From a virus (taxonomy: Duplodnaviria > Caudoviricetes), in the IMG/VR virus record IMGVR_UViG_3300042885_001472: a DNA stretch of 64,000 nt; one strand, 5' to 3'. The translations under genes and the position numbers were made by a program. Below the pieces are notes generated by a model, which saw only the letters and a list, made by a program, of their open reading frames with translations, had not been told where the DNA came from and did not search any database. This document shows, piece after piece, positions 52,977-58,796 of the stretch. Numbering within the stretch: position 1 is the stretch's first letter; each line of letters starts with the position of its first letter.

Positions 52977-53318
52977 ATGAACTTAAAAGAATTTGTAAAA
53001 TTTACATTTGAAAAATACGAAAAAAACGGGTATTGTTTTAGACCTAGAATAGTTTGTAATGATGGGTTTTCAATGAGTGTACAAGGTAGTAACGCATTAT
53101 ATTGTAGACCGAGAATTACACAAGATTGGTATGATAAAATGGAAATAGGTTATCCATCAGCAGAAGAAATTGATATAATAGAATTTGCTGAGGATATTAC
53201 AAAACCAACTGATACCGTTTATGGTTATGTGCCATGTGAACTTATTGAAAAAGTTATTTTAAAACACGGTGGTATTAACTCGGTTGAAACATTTAAAGCT
53301 TCTAAGGATATTAAATAG
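52977..53318 (+). CDS. Cassette conserved phage hypothetical protein
   Basis: CNDGFSMSVQGS..YC.PR...EIGYPS...PTDTVYGYVP...KHGG; unit 52917-53332. Confidence 0.7.
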   Translation: MNLKEFVKFTFEKYEKNGYCFRPRIVCNDGFSMSVQGSNALYCRPRITQDWYDKMEIGYPSAEEIDIIEFAEDITKPTDTVYGYVPCELIEKVILKHGGINSVETFKASKDIK

Positions 53319-53388
53319 GCATTACCTATAACGGTTTGCAGCTTTGAGCCGTTTAAACGAATATTAATTTAAAACTAAAACAACGAAT

Positions 53389-53484
53389 ATGAATAACAAT
53401 GAAATAGAAAATGGCGCAAAGGTGATGTTGGTACCAGTAGCCAAATTAAAATTTAAAAACAATAACTTAAAAATACAATTATGA
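53389..53484 (+). CDS. Hairpin-encoded leader peptide (31 aa) whose TGA overlaps the next ATG
   Basis: MNNNEIENGAKVMLVPVAKLKFKNNNLKIQL*; ATGA overlap at 53481-53484. Confidence 0.45.
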   Translation: MNNNEIENGAKVMLVPVAKLKFKNNNLKIQL

Positions 53485-53741
53485 AAAACAACAAAGAAAA
53501 ATCGTACCAATACGCATCGATGATACAAGAGGCAATAGCTGAATTGATTTCAGAACACGAATTATTAGCTGATTTTGATGATGAAAATAACGCAACTGCA
53601 TTTTTACACGCATTAGCTAATGTAGTGCCATGTAATATTTATAAGAAATTAACTAATGATAATACTGATATTTTAGGTTTTAATCATATTGCTAATAGAT
53701 TAGTATATCAATTTACAAAGCAGGACGAAGCCGAAGCGTAA
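53481..53741 (+). CDS. Cassette hypothetical protein
   Basis: 86 aa; unit 53427-53765. Confidence 0.7.
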   Translation: MKNNKEKSYQYASMIQEAIAELISEHELLADFDDENNATAFLHALANVVPCNIYKKLTNDNTDILGFNHIANRLVYQFTKQDEAEA

Positions 53742-53885
53742 ACGCCAAGGGCTATTGGTACTAACGGTCGGCAATATGAAACGGTTGCCCTTGTAAGACG
53801 TTTCAAAATATGATGCAGTTTTCTGGCAACTGTTTTATATTGCTTGTTATAGCCAGTTAATTTTAATCAATAAAAACGAAAAAAG

Positions 53886-54086
53886 ATGGAAGCACCTAAA
53901 TTAAATGAAGTATGGCATGTTCAATATGGAGAAGCCATTGGTAAAGAATACAATATCCTTGTAAGAATAGATGAGGATAAAAAAGAGTTAAATCCACCGA
54001 ATTGGAGAAGAAACAAGTATAAATGTGAGCATAAAAGTAAGGAACTGATGGTAGGTGGAAATATGTTCATTGAACGGTTTTCTTAA
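53886..54086 (+). CDS. Cassette hypothetical protein
   Basis: 66 aa; unit 53846-54097. Confidence 0.65.
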   Translation: MEAPKLNEVWHVQYGEAIGKEYNILVRIDEDKKELNPPNWRRNKYKCEHKSKELMVGGNMFIERFS

Positions 54087-54297
54087 TTGGCTATAACGGT
54101 TGGGTGTATGAGAAGGTTTGCTTAGATGAACTTTCAAATTATGCACAAATGCTGATAGCAAACTTTCTTATACACCTTGTTATGTGTAGGTGTGGTTAAT
54201 TAAGGTAGAATGTTCAATTGGATAACTGAACAAAAATTTTAAAAGAAAAAGAAAGGTGGATTTTTATTATTTTAATATTTATATATAAAAGAAAACA

Positions 54298-54747
54298 ATG
54301 AAAGATTTGAAACAATTTATTAAAACAACCATACGAGAGTTTTTGAATGAGAGTTCAATTGGGAATATTGAATATAAAATAACATATTCACCACCAGAAA
54401 ATATTCATGTTGTAGCAAAGATTGATGGTGTTATAATTGGAACATTATCTATAATAGATGATAGTCATTTCTTATCAACAGAAGATGAACCAACATTTAC
54501 AATTATGTCAGTATTTGTAGATAAAGAATATAGACAAAAAGGTATTTATATAAATTTAATCAAATATTTTTTACTAAATAATAAATATGGTGTCAAATCG
54601 TTATATTCTTCAAAAGAACCAGAATTTGATACAGAAAAAAGAACATCGGTTGCTGATGGTTTTTGGAAAAATGTTTATACAAATCAAAATAAATATGGTG
54701 TAAATGTTGATAAAATAGATAATGATTATGAAATTTCTTTAAAATAA
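54298..54747 (+). CDS. GNAT-family acetyltransferase-like protein (last cassette of array 2)
   Basis: FTIMSVFVDKEYRQKGIYINLI acetyl-CoA-binding motif A; ADGFWK; leader MKDLKQFIKTTIREFLNES. Confidence 0.7.
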   Translation: MKDLKQFIKTTIREFLNESSIGNIEYKITYSPPENIHVVAKIDGVIIGTLSIIDDSHFLSTEDEPTFTIMSVFVDKEYRQKGIYINLIKYFLLNNKYGVKSLYSSKEPEFDTEKRTSVADGFWKNVYTNQNKYGVNVDKIDNDYEISLK

Positions 54748-54820
54748 GTGCGGTGGTATTTTTCTTTTAAAATTTCCAACCGAAATATTGATTAGAAGGA
54801 TGAACGGAACACTTACACAT

Positions 54821-54909
54821 AACTATTATATATAAACAAGTATGGTCTAAACCCTTTAAAATTAATACTTTGAACCAAAAAATTATAAAGATTTGTTAAG
54901 AAAAGTTTA
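54821..54909. repeat. attI-like array-terminal site, copy 2
   Basis: Near-identical to 45082-45170 and begins at the AAC core of the last cassette. Confidence 0.75.
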
Positions 54910-55020
54910 TATATTATAAAATATAACCCAATAACACATAATTAATTCATTAATAACCTCCACTTTAACAATAAATTGATTATTTTTTTATTATAATAAT
55001 ATTTATATTAAAAAAAAGAT

Positions 55021-55326
55021 ATGGTTAAAGTAGTAAATTTTTTAAAAGTATGGGGGATATTAATTATTTCCGTACTATTATTCTTTAAAACTTGTTCAAT
55101 AACAAGTAAAGTGGAGAAGTTATCAAAAGAAACTAAAGAAGAACTTGTTAAGTTAGATAGTACGGTTAAAAGTGAGACTATTTCTGAAGAAGAATTCAAA
55201 AAAATGATCACTATTGAAGGTTTGAAATCAGAAAAAAGAATGATTCAATCAACAGATAGAAAAATTTTAGATGTTAATAGACAATCTGAAATTGATAAAG
55301 AAATTGAAAACTTAGAGAATAAATAA
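55021..55326 (+). CDS. Membrane-anchored coiled-coil hypothetical protein
   Basis: N-terminal WGILIISVLLFF then charged helices. Confidence 0.65.
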   Translation: MVKVVNFLKVWGILIISVLLFFKTCSITSKVEKLSKETKEELVKLDSTVKSETISEEEFKKMITIEGLKSEKRMIQSTDRKILDVNRQSEIDKEIENLENK

Positions 55327-56060
55327 TGGTGGGGGATGTGATTATATATACATTAGAATGTCCTTTAAGTAATAAAATTAAATATATAGGTAAAACTATG
55401 AATTTAAAGCTTAGATTATATGGTCATATTAACAAATCTAAAAATAAAAAAACATATAAAGATAAATGGGTTAATTCTTTAATAATTAAGGGTCATAAAC
55501 CAATTATGAATGTTTTAGATATTGTAAATGAAAATGAATGGGAATTTTGGGAAAAATTTTATATTTCTTTATTTAAGAGTTGGGGGTTTTCTTTGACTAA
55601 CCATACGGAAGGTGGTGATGGAGGATCTTTTAAAAAACATTCCATTGAAACCATAAAAAAAATGTCAAATAAAATACCGTGGAATAAAGGGATTCCATTT
55701 TCTGAAGATGTTAAGAAAAAAATGAGTGAGTCAGGAAAAGTAAAAGTTTTTACAAAAACTCATTTAGAAAATATGTCTAAATCACTTAAAGGTAAAAAAA
55801 GAGGTAGTTTTAGTGAAGAATGGAAACGTAATATCAGTAAAGGTAAGTTAAACACGATAATGTCTGAAGAAACTAAAGAAAAATTAAGAAATACGTCACC
55901 AAAAAGAAAGAAAATTATTTGTACAAGTACAAATATTATTTATAACAGCATATCTGAAGCTAGTAGACTTTTAAAAATACCAGTTAGTACAATTAATGGT
56001 GTGTTAAAAAAAAGAAGAAAGTTAGCTCATGGATTATTATTTAATTACTACAATGATTAA
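55326..56060 (+). CDS. GIY-YIG homing endonuclease with NUMOD3/NUMOD1-like repeats
   Basis: IIYTLECP....KYIGKT, LTNHTEGGDG, KHSIETIKKMS-type repeats, YNSISEASRLL. Confidence 0.88.
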   Translation: MVGDVIIYTLECPLSNKIKYIGKTMNLKLRLYGHINKSKNKKTYKDKWVNSLIIKGHKPIMNVLDIVNENEWEFWEKFYISLFKSWGFSLTNHTEGGDGGSFKKHSIETIKKMSNKIPWNKGIPFSEDVKKKMSESGKVKVFTKTHLENMSKSLKGKKRGSFSEEWKRNISKGKLNTIMSEETKEKLRNTSPKRKKIICTSTNIIYNSISEASRLLKIPVSTINGVLKKRRKLAHGLLFNYYND

Positions 56061-56928
56061 TTTTTTTAAAAAAAATAAGTTTAATATGATAAGATTTATG
56101 CTTATTATTCCAATAATACTAGTTAGTATTATAAGTATAAGTCATGTCACTATTTGGTATAACCTTTCAAATCCGTTAAGTTGGGCTTTATATTTATCGG
56201 TAGCTATTGAAATTGCCGCTATGGTTGCGGTAATGGCCGCTTCATTGAAAATGAAGGGTGGTGCGTGGTGGATTTTCATAATAGTTTCATTTATTCAATT
56301 TATAGGTAATATTTTCTATTCTTATAATGAAATAAACGTTAATAGTCCAGAATTCAAAAGTTGGGTAGAATTGGTCAGTCCAATATTTGATATTGTAGGT
56401 TTAGATTCTTCAGACGTACTTAGTCATAAAAGGTGGTTAACTTTATTAGAGGGAGGATTATTACCAATAATATCTTTAACTTGTTTACATTTCTTTATCA
56501 AATATAGTGGTGTGGATGAATCTAATCCAATACCAGAAGTTATTGAAGAAACTATCGTTAATGAGGATAAAGAGGAATTTTATGTAGTGGAAAATACTGA
56601 AGATGAAGAAGTAAAACCATTCAAAGAAGAAGATCTTATACCCTATGAAGAAACTGGGGATGAAAGTGAAGGGATATACTTTGAACCAGACACTTCACCC
56701 AAAGAAGAAATTGAAGAAATGGTTGTTGAACCAGAGATTTTAGTGGAAGAACCCAATTTAGAAATTTCTCAAATTGAGGAAGAAAAAAAAAATAACGATG
56801 ATTCAATCACAGATGTTGAATCAGGAGGACAACCTAATGAGGGGACCTTTAATAACTCCAAAATCCAAATGGGTTCGTCCAAATCAGGAGAGGGTATAAT
56901 CTATAAAAATCGTGGTCTTAGAAACTAA
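56053..56928 (+). CDS. Multi-pass membrane protein with acidic tail (holin/antiholin candidate)
   Basis: About four hydrophobic segments; immediately upstream of the amidase. Confidence 0.55.
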   Translation: MINFFKKNKFNMIRFMLIIPIILVSIISISHVTIWYNLSNPLSWALYLSVAIEIAAMVAVMAASLKMKGGAWWIFIIVSFIQFIGNIFYSYNEINVNSPEFKSWVELVSPIFDIVGLDSSDVLSHKRWLTLLEGGLLPIISLTCLHFFIKYSGVDESNPIPEVIEETIVNEDKEEFYVVENTEDEEVKPFKEEDLIPYEETGDESEGIYFEPDTSPKEEIEEMVVEPEILVEEPNLEISQIEEEKKNNDDSITDVESGGQPNEGTFNNSKIQMGSSKSGEGIIYKNRGLRN

Positions 56929-57523
56929 AAAGTATAAATTATCTGAATCTAATTATTATCAATCTGATAATCAAAAAAAACAAATTGTTATTGGACATTC
57001 TTTATCTAATGATATGTCATTTTTTAATGGATGGCTTAATAGGATGAATGGTAAGTATAAGAAAACAACACCTTACACTATTGACGTTAATGGTAAAGTG
57101 TATAACCATTATTCACCTAAAAATCACTCCGATTTTTTAGGTTTTGAACCACATGATTTGAATACAATTCCTATACTATTAGTTAATGAGGGTTGGTTAA
57201 TAAAAGATATTATAAATAATCGACACATAGACTGGGTTGGTAATATTTATAATAGAAAGGATAAAATTGTTGAACGTAGATGGAGAGGACATAATTATTG
57301 GTCTCCATATCCGGATAAACAAATTAAATCTTTGGTAAAACTAATAAATGATTTAACTAATGAATTCAATATTGAGAAAAAAGTTATAGAACATAATACA
57401 CAGGTAAGTGGAATTAACAAGTTTGAAGGTATTGTTTTTCGTAGTAATTATAATAAGAATACCACAGATCTAAGTCCCGCGTTTGAGTATAATAAATTTA
57501 AAAAATTAATAGAAAATGGATAA
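56912..57523 (+). CDS. N-acetylmuramoyl-L-alanine amidase (endolysin, Amidase_2-like)
   Basis: IVIGHS, YTIDVNGKVY, ILLVNEG, YPDKQIKSLVKL, IEHN, DLSP. Confidence 0.75.
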   Translation: MVLETKKYKLSESNYYQSDNQKKQIVIGHSLSNDMSFFNGWLNRMNGKYKKTTPYTIDVNGKVYNHYSPKNHSDFLGFEPHDLNTIPILLVNEGWLIKDIINNRHIDWVGNIYNRKDKIVERRWRGHNYWSPYPDKQIKSLVKLINDLTNEFNIEKKVIEHNTQVSGINKFEGIVFRSNYNKNTTDLSPAFEYNKFKKLIENG

Positions 57524-58058
57524 CACTGAAGAACAATTAAATGAATATGATGAATCAAAAAGAATACTTGATATCATTAGAGAAAGTAATTATAACCATA
57601 AAAAAAGTCGTTTTAAGGGTAGTTTATTAACGGAAGCTGTACAACCAGATCGAGTTGTTTTAGACGCTGGACAACAAAAAGATGAGGAAAAGAAGTTTAG
57701 AACTATAATTTCTTCTAGGGTTAAATTTGATCCATTGATAATTTACCCTAAAACTGGTAATGTTGAATGGGGTGGAAGTTTCCAAGACTCAAAAATACAA
57801 TGGTTTTACTCATTGGATGATACTCGTGGTGTTTACATTAGTTGTGAACTTTTAAAACTAGATGATAGTACTATTACGACCATCAAAAAATTAGTTGGTT
57901 TTTATGATAATTGGGCTAATGAATGGGGTAATAAATTGGCGGATGAGTACAGAAATGATGAAGTAACTGAGGAAGTTCCTAATGAAGAAGTTCCCAATGA
58001 AGATAATAACGATGAAGAAGTAACCGGTGAAGAACCACCAGTAGGTAGAGGTTTATAA
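57516..58058 (+). CDS. Hypothetical protein, possible head-internal protein
   Basis: LNE/IRE/LTE motifs; acidic EEVPNEEVPNE tail. Confidence 0.6.
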   Translation: MDNTEEQLNEYDESKRILDIIRESNYNHKKSRFKGSLLTEAVQPDRVVLDAGQQKDEEKKFRTIISSRVKFDPLIIYPKTGNVEWGGSFQDSKIQWFYSLDDTRGVYISCELLKLDDSTITTIKKLVGFYDNWANEWGNKLADEYRNDEVTEEVPNEEVPNEDNNDEEVTGEEPPVGRGL

Positions 58059-58420
58059 TGAAAGATTTAATCAAAAAATATATTAAACCAATTGGTATTG
58101 TGATTGGGGTTATTATTTTAGGGTATTTTATTTTTTTAGGTATTGACACCTATACTCAAAATAAGATTGAAAAACGGATAACTGATGAAAAAAGTAAAAT
58201 TGAGAAACTTGAAAAAGAATCTATTTATTGGAAAGTTAAATCTGAGATGGCCGAAAAGGAATCTAAAGATTTAAAAGATATCGTTGAGAAATCAAAACAA
58301 AACATAACTACAATTATAAACAAATATGATGAAAAACGTAATTCTACTAATCACCTTAGTGATGATGAATCTATCAAGTATCTGTCAGACAGGCTTAATA
58401 AAAAAAATAGTACTAAATAA
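58058..58420 (+). CDS. Rz/i-spanin-like protein
   Basis: N-terminal TM helix IGIVIGVIILGYFIFLGI followed by a coiled coil; near the endolysin. Confidence 0.55.
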   Translation: MKDLIKKYIKPIGIVIGVIILGYFIFLGIDTYTQNKIEKRITDEKSKIEKLEKESIYWKVKSEMAEKESKDLKDIVEKSKQNITTIINKYDEKRNSTNHLSDDESIKYLSDRLNKKNSTK

Positions 58421-58748
58421 TGATACTGGGGTGTTTGTCCCAATGAAAGGGGTTAGACAAATAAATAGTGTATTTGTTGATTTGGATGAGTGTAAAGAGA
58501 TTAATGACACTTTAAAGGGTATCATAACTAAATATGATTTAGCGTATGGTAAATTGGATAGTGCGTTAAAATATAAGAAAATTGAATGTTTAAAAAAAGA
58601 TAGTACGATTACATCTTATGATAATATCGTAATCAATCAGGAAAAACTTATTAAAAAAAATGATCGTAAAATACGATTGTTAAAAATACAGAGAAATGTC
58701 TTAGTACCAGCTTTAGGTGTCCTAATCTTACTTTTATTTATTATTTAG
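58326..58748 (+). CDS. Overlapping spanin-like protein (signal with Cys, coiled coil, C-terminal TM)
   Basis: MMKNVILLITLVMMNLSSIC; C-terminal VLVPALGVLILLLFII; overlaps the 3' 95 nt of the Rz-like gene. Confidence 0.5.
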   Translation: MMKNVILLITLVMMNLSSICQTGLIKKIVLNNDTGVFVPMKGVRQINSVFVDLDECKEINDTLKGIITKYDLAYGKLDSALKYKKIECLKKDSTITSYDNIVINQEKLIKKNDRKIRLLKIQRNVLVPALGVLILLLFII

Positions 58749-58796
58749 GGTAATTATACTAAGTAAACACATATTTATATATTAAATTAAATAGAT

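Larger units (their letters stand above)
46847..54909. mobile_element. Integron-like gene-cassette array 2
   Basis: Hairpins at 46860-46977, 47229 (left stub), 49291-49309 (right arm only), 49526-49611, 50437-50495, 51403-51489, 51756 (left arm only), 52020-52143, 52515-52638, 52855-52919, 53330-53429, 53763-53848 and 54095-54181; ends in the conserved site at 54821. Confidence 0.82.

Noticed and set aside
41537-54823. Gene units as IS elements or MITEs with terminal inverted repeats
   Set aside because: There is no transposase or target-site duplication, and each unit has its own IR sequence sharing only the core.
40849-54909. CRISPR array
   Set aside because: The repeats are variable-length hairpins, and the intervening segments are gene-sized ORFs rather than 25-45 nt spacers. 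No cas genes are present.
40849-54909. Hairpins as simple intrinsic terminators or REP-like repeats
   Set aside because: Most lack a U-tract right after the stem. Termination would not explain the fixed AAC/GTT cores, cross-gene flank complementarity, ORFs starting in loops or the shared terminal site.
223-55211. Short minus-strand and alternate-frame ORFs in the track (e.g. 223-441, 2286-2555, 3545-4030, 5073-5405, 38496-39011, 42736-42993, 51779-52114)
   Set aside because: They are shadows of well-supported genes or of palindromic repeats, with biased composition and no motifs.
55021-56928. Group I intron interrupting a membrane-protein gene
   Set aside because: There is no intergenic room for P-elements, and both flanking ORFs have their own starts and stops.
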